A stretch of DNA of 64,000 nt from an uncultured Candidatus Saccharibacteria bacterium. GTDB taxonomy: Bacteria > Patescibacteriota > Andersenbacteria > UBA10190. Location of the stretch: positions 12,401 through 76,400 of the forward strand of contig CAYMOF010000001.1 in the NCBI GenBank assembly GCA_964392095.1. Reading direction: 5' to 3'. Within the stretch, counting starts at the first letter, position 1; every line of letters begins with the position of its first letter. Below the pieces are notes generated by a model. It saw nothing but the letters and a program-made list of their open reading frames with translations. It ran no database searches and was not told the DNA's origin. Shown here piece by piece: positions 29,479 to 40,334 of the stretch. The position numbers and the translations under genes were made by a program.

Positions 29479-31572
29479 TTATTCGCTCATTACCTTCATT
29501 ATCGGATCTCTTATTATCGCTTTTTTTAAGCCCTTTTTAACTATTTTAATATTAGTTACTCCCGGCTTAACTAATAGCTCTATTCTTCTTCTAGAATTAT
29601 TTTTATCAGACAACAACCCGTCAGCGGCTATCGTGACATCACTCTCTACCTTTGTCCATTCCAGCACAAGTTTTTTGTTCCTATTATTCGCATTATAAAC
29701 CGTTAGCCCCACCTCGCCAGGTAGCTCGGCGAACACACAGTCTTTATCGGGATCATACCCAACATTCTTCCAACCCGAATCTCTGCTTATAAAGACACCG
29801 TCGCCATTAGTCTTACCCTCGTCTCTGTATAGTATCGCGTCCTCGTACTCTGACTTTGACCATTTCATTTTATTCATCATCAATTCCTCTACTGCCTTGT
29901 TTTGTTTTTCTGATAAAGAATCAGGATGAACAACCATCATCTTTACGTCCAGCCATCGCAAAACATCAGTCAAGGTTTCCACCATCTCCTGTTCAAAAAA
30001 CTCGTTCCTTGCCTCCAATATATGCGTTGTTCTAAGAAATAAAATTTGTCTAAGAACAGGAAAAGATCTTACCTCTTCATAAACCTCTTTTGCTTCAGCT
30101 CTTTCCAAGGCAATATTGCCCACCACATTTTTACCATGACGCAATGACGCGAATAGCGATTTGGAAGCGGCTCTATAATTAGTGACCGCCGGTAGTTCTG
30201 CTATTGCTCTTCCTTCACCGCTTTTTACCTCCTCATATACTCGCGATAATTGAGCCGACTGCGTATTAACGGGAACAAAAACAAATTCAATAGCTATCAA
30301 AATTACCATTATAGCTACGCTGACTTTCCGATTTATGTTATGAAACAAAACCAGACCCAGCATAACCGCCATGCTCATACCCACCACCACACCCGCCCGC
30401 GCCGCCGCCCTTACCACTTCAATGACTGGCCAGCTGTCAATTATTTCATAAGGCAAAACTAAATCAGTTACCACGCCAAAGACATGAAGCCTGGGACCCA
30501 GACTAATTATCAAGAACAACAAGCCTAAGCCTTGCCAAAAAATCCTTTCTTTTTTTGACACACGTTGCTGAAAAAAAACAACCGTTAGTAAAAAAAACAA
30601 ACCCAGGTAATGAGTCGCTTCATATACGTTCCCGGTAAAAACTTTTTCATACACCGGAGAAAACCAATTCCCCCAAACAGAATGCCACACAGAAGGCGTA
30701 ACAAAAGCGAATAAATCAGCTGAAAATCTCACCAGCTGCTCTTTTCCTAAAACCAAATCACTGCCTTCCCGCCAGGCCATCCCAAGAGTCGGAAAATACG
30801 GTAAAATTACGAAAATAAAACACAAAGACAAAGCTAGAACTATCACCTGCCACCCCTTCCTCGAGCCAACCAGCTTTTTCAGAGAACTTCTTTTATACAA
30901 AATAATTAAAAAAACCAACACTGACGCCCACAAAGCGTAATGATGCTCCGTCCATGACTGCGTAATTGCCAACCCGACTAAAATCAACGCCTTGCCAAAC
31001 CCCGGTTTCTCAATTATAGACAACACTGTTAAAACAATTAACGGCAGCCACTGGACTTGCATAGCCCCGAAGTGACCCATGGAGTGGGCCACGTGAAAAG
31101 GCAGAAACATATAATACAAGCCGCTCACAAAAGCCACGGCCTCAAGAAATCTTTGTCCGCCCCCAGCCCCTTCTTTCTGTCTCTTTAAAACATGCCCGAC
31201 CAATAGATACATTCCGTATCCGGCAAGAAAGTAAGACAGTAGCCAAACAAGGTTATAAGCAAACGGTTGTCCAAACAAGGCATGCAGTCCCATCCACGGC
31301 CAAACCGATAAATTAACCAATCTCGGCCCTCCTCCTCCAAAAAATTCATTTTTTTGAAACTCCGTAAAAGACCCCATCCCACCCCAAGTAACATCAAAAC
31401 TATCCACCAAAGTCCTCCACTTGCTCTCGAACCGCCAAGCCGTTTGCCAAGGATCACCCCCCTCACCCGCCAGACAGGAATCCATTTGAACTACCACCGG
31501 CCAAGTCATAGCCACCACGGCCAATATATACAAAACTGCTACCCCCAGATGCTTTTTAAAGCCCATTATCAT
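29479..31572 (-). CDS. Large polytopic membrane protein, YfhO-like / GT-C candidate
   Basis: 697 aa. N-terminal multi-TM region (NLVWLLSYFLAGYGMYLLVGH pattern similar to the YfhO-like ORF at 13884) and a C-terminal soluble domain. Confidence 0.4.
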   Translation of the reverse strand: MIMGFKKHLGVAVLYILAVVAMTWPVVVQMDSCLAGEGGDPWQTAWRFESKWRTLVDSFDVTWGGMGSFTEFQKNEFFGGGGPRLVNLSVWPWMGLHALFGQPFAYNLVWLLSYFLAGYGMYLLVGHVLKRQKEGAGGGQRFLEAVAFVSGLYYMFLPFHVAHSMGHFGAMQVQWLPLIVLTVLSIIEKPGFGKALILVGLAITQSWTEHHYALWASVLVFLIILYKRSSLKKLVGSRKGWQVIVLALSLCFIFVILPYFPTLGMAWREGSDLVLGKEQLVRFSADLFAFVTPSVWHSVWGNWFSPVYEKVFTGNVYEATHYLGLFFLLTVVFFQQRVSKKERIFWQGLGLLFLIISLGPRLHVFGVVTDLVLPYEIIDSWPVIEVVRAAARAGVVVGMSMAVMLGLVLFHNINRKVSVAIMVILIAIEFVFVPVNTQSAQLSRVYEEVKSGEGRAIAELPAVTNYRAASKSLFASLRHGKNVVGNIALERAEAKEVYEEVRSFPVLRQILFLRTTHILEARNEFFEQEMVETLTDVLRWLDVKMMVVHPDSLSEKQNKAVEELMMNKMKWSKSEYEDAILYRDEGKTNGDGVFISRDSGWKNVGYDPDKDCVFAELPGEVGLTVYNANNRNKKLVLEWTKVESDVTIAADGLLSDKNNSRRRIELLVKPGVTNIKIVKKGLKKAIIRDPIMKVMSE

Positions 31573-31680
31573 AAACCCACATTAACCTAAATCACCAACA
31601 AATTACCACCACCCGCCACACCTTGATCAAAACCCTACACCCCTGTTGCCCTAATCACAGCATATCTATACCTTTAAATT

Positions 31681-32376
31681 GTGCCTGACCAACAAAAAAG
31701 TAACATATTCGTTGTCATCCCCGCCTATAACGAAGACAAGGCTATATACTCGGTAGTAAAAAAAACTAGGTCATTAGGGCTCCAAAACATTATCGTGGTC
31801 AACGATGGCTCTACCGACAACACTCTCTCCACATCTCTCAATGCCGGCGCCCAATGCATATCCCACAAAATTAACCGGGGCAAAGGAGCCGCCACCAAAA
31901 CAGGCATAGAAGCCGCTAAAAAACTTGATGCCCAAATCGTAGTTACCATTGATGGAGACGGACAACACGACCCCGGCGATATTAATAATCTCATTAAGCC
32001 TATAATTAACTGCCAAGCTGACGTCGTTTTAGGCACCAGATCTTTTAACCTCAAAACAATGCCGCTTACCAAAATCGCGCAAAATTATACTGCTAACCTT
32101 GTCACCAAACTGCTCTACGGCTATTCGGTTTCTGACAGTCAATCCGGCTTCCGCGCCTATTCCCGACGAGCTTTGGAGGTCATAGAAACTAAATCCGACT
32201 CCTACGAATACGAAAGTGAGATTGTCAGAGAAATAAACTGGCACAAACTTTCCTATTCAGAAATTCCTATAAAAACCAAATACACCACCCATTCCACCAC
32301 CAAAACATCAAGGCAAAGCCTCAAAAACGGATTAAAAACACTATACAAAATGATTTGGAATATCATATCCTTCTAA
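31681..32376 (+). CDS. GT2 polyprenol-phosphate glycosyltransferase (DPM1/GtrB-like)
   Basis: FVVIPAYNED, IIVVNDGSTDNT, NRGKGAATKTG, TIDGDGQHDP. GTG start as in the ORF track. Confidence 0.8.
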   Translation: MPDQQKSNIFVVIPAYNEDKAIYSVVKKTRSLGLQNIIVVNDGSTDNTLSTSLNAGAQCISHKINRGKGAATKTGIEAAKKLDAQIVVTIDGDGQHDPGDINNLIKPIINCQADVVLGTRSFNLKTMPLTKIAQNYTANLVTKLLYGYSVSDSQSGFRAYSRRALEVIETKSDSYEYESEIVREINWHKLSYSEIPIKTKYTTHSTTKTSRQSLKNGLKTLYKMIWNIISF

Positions 32377-32750
32377 GACCAATGAATTTACGTTTCTATC
32401 AAATCGCCATCACTCTCATATCCTTGCTGATGATCTATTTCGGCCTGGAAAAGTATTTTCGCCGTCAACCATCACAATCCCTTCTTAAACTTTTGGTCCG
32501 CGTTTTTGTCTGGGGCGGCATGGCGCTGGTAGCCCTCTATCCTAAAGCCTCTAACTTGTTAGCCCGTTACATAGGTATTGAAGACAACATAAACGCCGTT
32601 GTTTTAACAGGTTTTCTTCTTATTTTTCTCATTATCTTCAAAATTTTATCGGTTGTGGAAAGAATTGAACAAGACATAACTACCCTCACAAGAAAAAAGG
32701 CCCTCGATTCATTCACTAAAAGCCACCAAAAAGACAAAAATCGACCATGA
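32355..32750 (+). CDS. DUF2304-like small membrane protein (GT2-associated)
   Basis: 131 aa, two or three TM helices, the ARYIGIE segment and a charged C-terminal tail. This family typically sits immediately downstream of Dpm1-like GT2 genes. Overlaps the GT2 3' end. Confidence 0.5.
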   Translation: MEYHILLRPMNLRFYQIAITLISLLMIYFGLEKYFRRQPSQSLLKLLVRVFVWGGMALVALYPKASNLLARYIGIEDNINAVVLTGFLLIFLIIFKILSVVERIEQDITTLTRKKALDSFTKSHQKDKNRP

Positions 32751-32753
32751 CTT

Positions 32754-33896
32754 ATGAAAATAGTTGCTTTTACTCCCTACTACCCACCACACACCGGGGG
32801 ACTGGAAGAATACGCTTATGAGCTTCACAAAAATCTGGCCCGAACCGGCCACCAAATAACTGTTTTTACCCCCAATATTCCCCGCCAGGCAAAATTCGAG
32901 TCTTTTAAAAACGTAACTGTTAAACCTTTTCCCGCCTGGGAAATTATCTTTAACTACCCCCTCCCTAAAATATGGCTTCCTTCCTTTTGGCTATCCTTTT
33001 TCAAACTCTTTAAAAATAAACCGGACTTAGTTGTTTCCTATACACGCTTTTTCTGCACTTCCATGCTTGCTTTCTGTTTAGCCAAAACCACCAGCACGGC
33101 GTGGGTGCACGTCGAACATGGCAGCGATTATGTTGTCTCAAATAATCCTTTTATCAAATACACCGCTCGTCTATTTGATGTAACCCTAGGAAAAATTGTT
33201 TTTAGATCATCAACTATCAACATCGCCCCCTCAAAGTCAGCTAGAAAATTTATTCGTCTCTTTGACGCCAGAGAGGTTCCCGTAATTTATCGAGGGTTAA
33301 ATTATGAAAAAATAAACAGTATCCCGACCAACGATGAAATCCGCCGCGATTTTCCTAACAAAACTATCATCGCCTATTCCGGTCGCTTCATTGACGGCAA
33401 AGGAATTCCCGACCTGATACGAGCTGTTGCTATGCTGGATAATAAAAACTGGACATTAATTTTAATTGGCGACGGTTCCCGATATTCTAAGATAAAAAAT
33501 ATGGTTAAGAGTCTTAATCTTGCTAACCGTTCCCTGTTTTTAGGCGGTCTCAAACACCCCCATGCTATTTCCTGCCTAAAGGCCGCTGACATCATTGTTA
33601 ATCCCAGCTATAATGAAGGGCTGCCCACTACTATATTAGAGGCGGCCGCTTGTTCAAAGGCCATTGTTGCTACTAATGTCGGTGGTACACCTGAAATTAT
33701 CAAACACGACAAATCGGGACTATTATATCAACCGGGAAATACTAAAGCTCTTTACCAACATCTAACCAGCCTTATTTCAAACAAAAAAAAGCTCGATTAT
33801 CTAAGCCATAATGCTTATCTGTCCGTCACCGAAAAGTTTAACTGGGAAAAGACTACCACCCAATACTCGTCAATATTTTTCCGAATAAAACATTAA
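32754..33896 (+). CDS. GT4 glycosyltransferase
   Basis: MKIVAFTPYYPPHTGGLEEY... and NPSYNEGLPTTILEAAACSKAIVATNVGGTPE. Confidence 0.8.
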   Translation: MKIVAFTPYYPPHTGGLEEYAYELHKNLARTGHQITVFTPNIPRQAKFESFKNVTVKPFPAWEIIFNYPLPKIWLPSFWLSFFKLFKNKPDLVVSYTRFFCTSMLAFCLAKTTSTAWVHVEHGSDYVVSNNPFIKYTARLFDVTLGKIVFRSSTINIAPSKSARKFIRLFDAREVPVIYRGLNYEKINSIPTNDEIRRDFPNKTIIAYSGRFIDGKGIPDLIRAVAMLDNKNWTLILIGDGSRYSKIKNMVKSLNLANRSLFLGGLKHPHAISCLKAADIIVNPSYNEGLPTTILEAAACSKAIVATNVGGTPEIIKHDKSGLLYQPGNTKALYQHLTSLISNKKKLDYLSHNAYLSVTEKFNWEKTTTQYSSIFFRIKH

Positions 33897-33906
33897 TCAC
33901 AAACCC

Positions 33907-36255
33907 ATGACCAGAAATAATATCATTATCTCTAACCTCATTACAGTCGCTCTGTACATTCTTTCTCTCGCCATAAAACATATAAATCCCGAAAATAACC
34001 TTTTTCAAGCACCCCTTATCGCCGTATCTTTTCTGCTTGTTATTACAATCGGCCTAAGTCTTGCCTATATACAACAACAACTTTTTTATCTCCGGTTAGA
34101 CAAATGGCTGTTTTTTTTAATCGCCATACTAAACACCTTCTTTTTCCTACCCGTATTATTTACCCTTATTTTTTTTATCAGCGGCACCATAAACTACATT
34201 TTAGTATTACTTACCCTACTCGCAATCTTCTTGCTCCCCGTTTTTTGGCCAAAAATCAATAATTCTATTTTCCACCGCCCAACTATCCATACGCTTTCCA
34301 TAAATAAAAAAAACGGCTGGCAATCGATATTCCATCCCGTTATCTTTGCCTTTCTCTTTATACTTACCGTCCACATAATCAATACCAACATGTATGCGTT
34401 TCTTCCTGCTCCCGACTCATACAGCTGGTTATCAGCATACAATGAAGACCTTCACCACGAAGCCACTAAATTTATCGGCGGTTATGATCGCCTCACTCTC
34501 GCCTCTTTTACTGCCATTATCAAACAATTATCGGATGTGGACCTATTTATCTTGTTTAAATATGTTTATCCTCTTTTTTCAGCATTTACCGTTTTTCCCC
34601 TTTGGTTACTCGCTCGGCGCCTGAAATCTTACCCGGCCCAACTCCTCATCCTGCTACCTTCCTTTCTCTGCCCCGCTATTATCTATGAACTGGAAATGAC
34701 CCGCCAAATAATACTATTTTTCGTCTTCTTACCCTTCTACATTTCTCTTTTATATGAAGCCAAGAATAAAAAAGACCGTTCTCTTTTTCTTTTAACCGGC
34801 TTCTTTACTGCCCTTGGTTCATTTGCCCACCCCTTATTCAATATTCTCACTATATTTTGGCTCTTGTCATTCGTTCTCTTTTACTGGCGCGCTCTTTTAA
34901 AGCCTAAAATCATCCCTCTGCTTTTGATTGCTCTAGCAGTTCTTTGGAAATTCGGACTGCGCAGCATGATAACTCGAATCAGAGACCAAGTAATAATAAT
35001 ATTTGAAAACATCGCCCAAGGCGAACACAATTTTAAATTCCCCGCCCACTTCGTCAATGTTGACAACAATGAAGTTGGCTGGGCTGGTTTGACCGGTGTT
35101 CTGAAATACTACGGATTCTATCTGGGACCCCTGGCGGCGCTAATTTTGTTAACTTTCACATTGCTCATAATTTTTAACAAAAAATCCAGGCAATCTTTTC
35201 TTAAAACACTTCTTTCTCCCTACACATTACCCGTTACCCTTTCTCTGCTTTTCTTCCTGTCGGTTGCCGAAATATTTCCCCGATTTGTTAATATTGCCTA
35301 TCTCCCGGAAAGATCTCTGCAATACTTCACCTTATCCCTTCTTTTTATAGCTTTTCTGATTCTAAAAAAAATCCACCGAGCAAAATTTTGGCGCCTTGCC
35401 TTTCCTTTAGCCGCTCTCCTAGCCATGTCTGTTAATGTCGCCGGAGCTTCTTATATAAGCTATTTAAACATATACGTCTTCCCGGAATACGAATGGCAAG
35501 CCATGAAATGGATAAAAAACAATTTGCCGCCGGACCGAATCATCTTTTCCCGCACTTCAGGAAATTTAATATCAATTCATTCTGGCTCACGCCGAAAAGC
35601 GGTTTGGCACCGTTATCTAACTAATGCCACTCCGGAAGAGCTCATCGGCTTTCTTAAAGAAGAATTAAAGCCCCCGGACTATGTTCCTCTCCTTCGTCAA
35701 AGCATGGCCTTCGCTGAATCAACCAGCCGTGTCACTGAGTTGTCTAATTTTCTCAACGACTGCCTTATGCACGACGACTATCCGCCCAACATGGAGGGCC
35801 AAGTAACCAACTGTCTGGCTTGTGAACCTACCAGTCAAGGCTACAAAACCAGTCTCAAAAGCTCTTGCGCAGGCGGCCCCCTTCACTTCCCGCAAGAGGA
35901 AATTCGCCCTTGGGCAAAAAGGGCTGAAGAATTTTCTCAGGAAATATCAAACTTCATGAACGACTACCAGAAATTCGCTTTACAACTCGAGCTTGAAACC
36001 AATGTTAACAACCAAACCACCACCGATCCTGTCTATATATACTATTCTCTGCCTCACGAAAAAAACCCTTATAGTGATCGCCCCTATCTTTCTCTAAACT
36101 TTGGAGAAGCCTCCTTCTTCCCTCCCCTTGATGAAAACCCTGGGCTTTTTACCCGCGTTTATGAAGATGAAGATAAAGTAATTATCTGGAAAGTCAGCCC
36201 CGAAGTCCTGGAAAAACCAAACATTAACCATGTTTCTGGAAGAGACCTGCTATGA
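33907..36255 (+). CDS. Large polytopic membrane protein with C-terminal soluble domain. GT-C-fold candidate.
   Basis: 782 aa. More than 12 hydrophobic helices in the first ~500 aa, then a hydrophilic domain. Same architecture as the ORF at 3272. Confidence 0.35.
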   Translation: MTRNNIIISNLITVALYILSLAIKHINPENNLFQAPLIAVSFLLVITIGLSLAYIQQQLFYLRLDKWLFFLIAILNTFFFLPVLFTLIFFISGTINYILVLLTLLAIFLLPVFWPKINNSIFHRPTIHTLSINKKNGWQSIFHPVIFAFLFILTVHIINTNMYAFLPAPDSYSWLSAYNEDLHHEATKFIGGYDRLTLASFTAIIKQLSDVDLFILFKYVYPLFSAFTVFPLWLLARRLKSYPAQLLILLPSFLCPAIIYELEMTRQIILFFVFLPFYISLLYEAKNKKDRSLFLLTGFFTALGSFAHPLFNILTIFWLLSFVLFYWRALLKPKIIPLLLIALAVLWKFGLRSMITRIRDQVIIIFENIAQGEHNFKFPAHFVNVDNNEVGWAGLTGVLKYYGFYLGPLAALILLTFTLLIIFNKKSRQSFLKTLLSPYTLPVTLSLLFFLSVAEIFPRFVNIAYLPERSLQYFTLSLLFIAFLILKKIHRAKFWRLAFPLAALLAMSVNVAGASYISYLNIYVFPEYEWQAMKWIKNNLPPDRIIFSRTSGNLISIHSGSRRKAVWHRYLTNATPEELIGFLKEELKPPDYVPLLRQSMAFAESTSRVTELSNFLNDCLMHDDYPPNMEGQVTNCLACEPTSQGYKTSLKSSCAGGPLHFPQEEIRPWAKRAEEFSQEISNFMNDYQKFALQLELETNVNNQTTTDPVYIYYSLPHEKNPYSDRPYLSLNFGEASFFPPLDENPGLFTRVYEDEDKVIIWKVSPEVLEKPNINHVSGRDLL

Positions 36256-37181
36256 TCTATTTACTGTCACCCCGTCGTGGAGGACCCTACACTCAACTAA
36301 AACTTATAGCCACCAAACTAAACGAGTTTGGCTATCCGGCCAAGCACTGCTACACGGCCTATGACTGGGCACGTCTACATTTATGCAAAAAAGACACTAT
36401 TATATCGGTTATTCCCTTCTTTTTTGTCTCCAACAAAAAAAAGTTCTTCCTCAATATACGCGGCAACTATCACAAAGAAAAAAAAATAACCAACCCCCTA
36501 TCATACTTATACGAAATCAATATTAAATACGCGGCTAAGCTTGTCTTACCCTCTCATTTTCTTAAAAACGAACTCAATTTTAAAAACGCCACAGTTATTC
36601 CCAATTCTACCGATATAAAAACAAAACCCGCCCCTCTTCCCCCAAAAGATTCAACCATTAATATCGCCACAATTACCAACTTCGACTTTCGCCCCAAAGC
36701 CCAAGGTATCAGCAAAATTATCAACATCATTAATCAGCTGGATTCCCCCTTGCCCCTAAAATTAAATATCTATGGCGGCGGGAAATGGCTCAACTTTGCC
36801 CAACACCAATACGAAACTAATAATTTCAAAAAATATCCCGTAATATTTCACGGCCTTTTCCATGACCCCTCTAACAAACTTACCCAAAATGATATTTTTG
36901 TTTATTGGTCCGTATTCGATAACATGCCCAACGTCTTAACCGAAGCAATTGCCTGCGGGTTGCCCGTGGTCGCTAACCGCTATGGCGCCTATGAAGAAAT
37001 ATTGGGACCCAGGGGTTTATTAGCCCAAAACGAAAAGCAGTTCTCAAATTATATTCTCGACTTGATAAAAAACCCCAATCTTAGAAAGCTTCACCGCCAA
37101 AGAAATCTAGCCCGGGCCAAACTATTCAACATCGACACAAACATAAATCATTGGATAAAAACAGTCGATCCCGACAAATAA
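36252..37181 (+). CDS. GT-B glycosyltransferase, GT4-like (short N-domain)
   Basis: VLTEAIACGLPVVANRYGAYEEILGPRGLL. ATGA overlap with the upstream gene. Confidence 0.55.
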   Translation: MIYLLSPRRGGPYTQLKLIATKLNEFGYPAKHCYTAYDWARLHLCKKDTIISVIPFFFVSNKKKFFLNIRGNYHKEKKITNPLSYLYEINIKYAAKLVLPSHFLKNELNFKNATVIPNSTDIKTKPAPLPPKDSTINIATITNFDFRPKAQGISKIINIINQLDSPLPLKLNIYGGGKWLNFAQHQYETNNFKKYPVIFHGLFHDPSNKLTQNDIFVYWSVFDNMPNVLTEAIACGLPVVANRYGAYEEILGPRGLLAQNEKQFSNYILDLIKNPNLRKLHRQRNLARAKLFNIDTNINHWIKTVDPDK

Positions 37182-37187
37182 AACGGC

Positions 37188-39191
37188 ATGTCCTCCGGCA
37201 ATCCAACAATCTCTATTCTTCTATCCGTTTATAACGGCCAATCATCCATTTCTTCCTGTCTAGCCAGCATAAAAGCCCAAACCCGCAAAGACTATGAAAT
37301 TATCTGCGTCAACGACGCATCAACTGACAATACCGATCAAATACTAAAAAAATGGCAAAAAATATTTTCATCCCAAAAATTCACCATTATCAAGAACCGC
37401 GATAATCTGGGCCTCACCAAATCATTAAACATCGGTCTTTCCTACTGCCAAGGAAATTATATAGCCCGCATTGACGCGGACGACACCTGGCATCCGGAAA
37501 AGCTTTCTAAGCAAACCTCTTTCCTAAAAAAACATCCCGAAACCGACATTGTTGGTTGCTATTACATCAACCGGAAAAACCACACCGACTATCATTTCAA
37601 GCTCCCGGTCACCGATAAGGAAATTAAATCCGCCATATTCAGGCAAAATCCTTTTGGCCACAGTTGTGTTTTAATAAAACACGCCCTGCTTAAAAACCTC
37701 GGCGGATATGATGACTCGATAAAATACGGCCAAGACAAAGACTTATGGTTTAGATGCTACCCCCACGCAACTTTCTACAACTTTCCCGAATATCTGTGCT
37801 TTCGCTCCGCCGATCAAGGCATCTCCGTGCGCCATAATCGTCAACAGCTCTGGCAAGGCATACTTACCCGGATAAAATACATACACCTTTATAAAGCTCC
37901 AACCCTTAATTATTTATACATCCTATACCCTTTTTTGCTTTTAATTACCCCCCATTATTTTAAAAACCTCGCCAGACCTTTCTTTGGTCAAAAAAACAAA
38001 CCGCTAGAAAAAGCTAAAAAAGAAAACATCGTCTATGTCAACGACTCTTTCTTTCCCAGTAAATACGCTAACGCCGTAGCCAGAAAAAACATGGCCCGGG
38101 CCTTTAACTCTCTTGGTTATATAAATTCAATCATCTTCGTCTATCACCAAAAAGAAGATAAAAAAAACCTGTTTCCATCGACTAAAATTTATGAAAGGCC
38201 CATTAGAGGACCGTACCTGTCCCAAAATAAAAGTTTCAGTAAAATATGGAATTCCTCTGTGTTTATTTTTAATAATATAAGGCTTATTTTTTTAAAAATC
38301 CCTAAAGAAGTGACATTAATCTATATGCGAACTGGCGCCTTGGCCGGATTAGCTCTAAGCCTTAGAAATCTATTGGCTTCAAAAAAACTTATTCTAGAAA
38401 TACATAATTACGAATTCGGTTGCTTCCCTACCGACCTAATATACAAATTTATTTTTTCTCAATGCGACGAAATTATTACCATTTCCAACCACACAAAAGA
38501 CAATTGGGCTAAGTTCGGTATTCCGGACCACAAAATAAAAGTATTGCCTAGCGGAGTCGATCCTAATTTCTTCAAAAACGTAATCGAAAATAAATCATTA
38601 CTAAGAAAAAAACTGAGTCTGCCCCTAGATAAAAAAATAGTTATTTATTTCGGTCATCTGTACCGTCATCGCGGCATCGAAGATATTATAAAAGCCGCCC
38701 AAATTATTTCACCTGTCAACAATATTCTGTTTCTAGTAATCGGCGGTCACCCAAGAGACATTTCTTTCTACACAAACTATATCAAAAACTATTATCAAAA
38801 TAACTCCAATATCAATCTTTTAGGCTACCAATCCCCGTCAATACTGAAAAACTATATTAAAGCTTCAGATGCTATACTAGTAACCTACTCTAACAAATGC
38901 CCTACTAGCCTTTCCATGAGCCCTCTGAAGCTATTAGAAGCCATGTTATCCCGAATACCAATTGTTTGTGCCAATCTACCCGCTCTCCGGCAAATTGCCG
39001 ACAACTCTATGGTCGTTTTTTATCAACCAGATAACCCTGAAGACCTAGCCGACAAAATTAAATTCGTCCTCTCTGCCAAAACTCACCGGCTCCAAATATG
39101 CGAGAAATCATACCAAGAAGCGCTCAAATACAACTGGCGACTAAGAGCCAAAGCCATAATAGAATCCGCCAGCCAGTCACATGAGTATTGA
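37188..39191 (+). CDS. Bifunctional GT2 (N-terminal) and GT4 (C-terminal) glycosyltransferase
   Basis: N-terminal ISILLSVYNGQSSISSCLASI, ICVNDASTDNT, RIDADDTWHPEK (GT2). C-terminal LKLLEAMLSRIPIVCANLPALRQIAD (GT4). Confidence 0.7.
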   Translation: MSSGNPTISILLSVYNGQSSISSCLASIKAQTRKDYEIICVNDASTDNTDQILKKWQKIFSSQKFTIIKNRDNLGLTKSLNIGLSYCQGNYIARIDADDTWHPEKLSKQTSFLKKHPETDIVGCYYINRKNHTDYHFKLPVTDKEIKSAIFRQNPFGHSCVLIKHALLKNLGGYDDSIKYGQDKDLWFRCYPHATFYNFPEYLCFRSADQGISVRHNRQQLWQGILTRIKYIHLYKAPTLNYLYILYPFLLLITPHYFKNLARPFFGQKNKPLEKAKKENIVYVNDSFFPSKYANAVARKNMARAFNSLGYINSIIFVYHQKEDKKNLFPSTKIYERPIRGPYLSQNKSFSKIWNSSVFIFNNIRLIFLKIPKEVTLIYMRTGALAGLALSLRNLLASKKLILEIHNYEFGCFPTDLIYKFIFSQCDEIITISNHTKDNWAKFGIPDHKIKVLPSGVDPNFFKNVIENKSLLRKKLSLPLDKKIVIYFGHLYRHRGIEDIIKAAQIISPVNNILFLVIGGHPRDISFYTNYIKNYYQNNSNINLLGYQSPSILKNYIKASDAILVTYSNKCPTSLSMSPLKLLEAMLSRIPIVCANLPALRQIADNSMVVFYQPDNPEDLADKIKFVLSAKTHRLQICEKSYQEALKYNWRLRAKAIIESASQSHEY

Positions 39192-39224
39192 TATTTAACT
39201 TTCCTGACATCATAATTTCTAACT

Positions 39225-40331
39225 ATGAACCGCCAAAAAAAAATTCTTCACCTAATAACCGGCCTCGAGGTTGGAGGGGCTGAAACTATGCTTCTTAAAA
39301 CTCTGCCCGCCACCAAAAATGACTTTGATCATCTTGTCTGCTCAATTGTCGGCATGGGCCCAGTCGGGGACATGCTTCAGGAAAAAGGCGTACATATCCA
39401 TCACCTAGACCTCAAAGGATTTTTAGATCTCGGCGTAGTCGGCCGCCTCAAAAAAACAATGATTGATTTTAAACCCGATGCCCTTATCACTTATTTACCG
39501 CACGCCGACATCCTGGGACGAATAATCGGCTCATTGGTTGGCGTTCCCTCAATAACCTCCTCCATCCGGGTAAAACTTAATAAGTCTAAATATATTTACT
39601 TCTTTGTTCTTGACGGATTAACCTCTCCTTTTGTTGATCATTACCACTTTAATTCCAGCACTTTGGCCGACATCCACCATCGTTTGCTTAAAATTCCCGC
39701 CTCAAAAATCAACATTATCTCCAACGCGGTTGATGTAAACAAATTTGATCTTAAAATAAATGTTCCTGAAAAAAAAGCGAAGCTAAACATCCCCCAAAAC
39801 AAAACGATAATTGGTTGCGTCGCTCGCTTAAGAAAACAAAAAGGACACAAATACTTAATACAATCTTTTGCCCAAGTCTTACGCGCGAAACCGGACACAG
39901 TTTTACTGCTTATCGGAGACGGGGAACAGAAAAAAGAAATCGTCAGGCAGGTTAACAATCTTGGCTTAAAAGAAAAAATCATCTTTCTCGGCAATCGTCA
40001 TGACGTGCCGGAAATACTTCAAATAATAGATATCTTTGTCCTCACCACCTTATTTGAAGGTATGAGCAACAGCCTCATGGAAGCCATGAGCGCCCGTCGC
40101 GCCATAGTCACTACTTCAATTCCCGAAAACAAAGAACTTATCAGTCATAATCACACTGGACTCCTGGTCCGCCCTAAAGATCCTGCCTCGACCACTAATC
40201 AGGTAATCAAATTAATTAAAAACCCCGGGTTGCGCTCCAAACTGGGCGCTTTGGCTCACCTAACAGTTAAAAGTAAATTTGATATTCCCCAAATAGTCTC
40301 CCGCTACCGCAACTTTTACAACTCCATCTAA
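39225..40331 (+). CDS. GT4 glycosyltransferase
   Basis: ILHLITGLEVGGAETM... and FEGMSNSLMEAMSARRAIVTTSIPENKE. Confidence 0.8.
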   Translation: MNRQKKILHLITGLEVGGAETMLLKTLPATKNDFDHLVCSIVGMGPVGDMLQEKGVHIHHLDLKGFLDLGVVGRLKKTMIDFKPDALITYLPHADILGRIIGSLVGVPSITSSIRVKLNKSKYIYFFVLDGLTSPFVDHYHFNSSTLADIHHRLLKIPASKINIISNAVDVNKFDLKINVPEKKAKLNIPQNKTIIGCVARLRKQKGHKYLIQSFAQVLRAKPDTVLLLIGDGEQKKEIVRQVNNLGLKEKIIFLGNRHDVPEILQIIDIFVLTTLFEGMSNSLMEAMSARRAIVTTSIPENKELISHNHTGLLVRPKDPASTTNQVIKLIKNPGLRSKLGALAHLTVKSKFDIPQIVSRYRNFYNSI

Positions 40332-40334
40332 AAA

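Noticed and set aside
31725-32244. Three minus-strand ORFs (115, 80 and 71 aa) inside the GT2 gene 31681..32376
   Set aside because: Antisense shadows of a well-supported GT2 coding frame. The G-rich bottom strand favours open frames.
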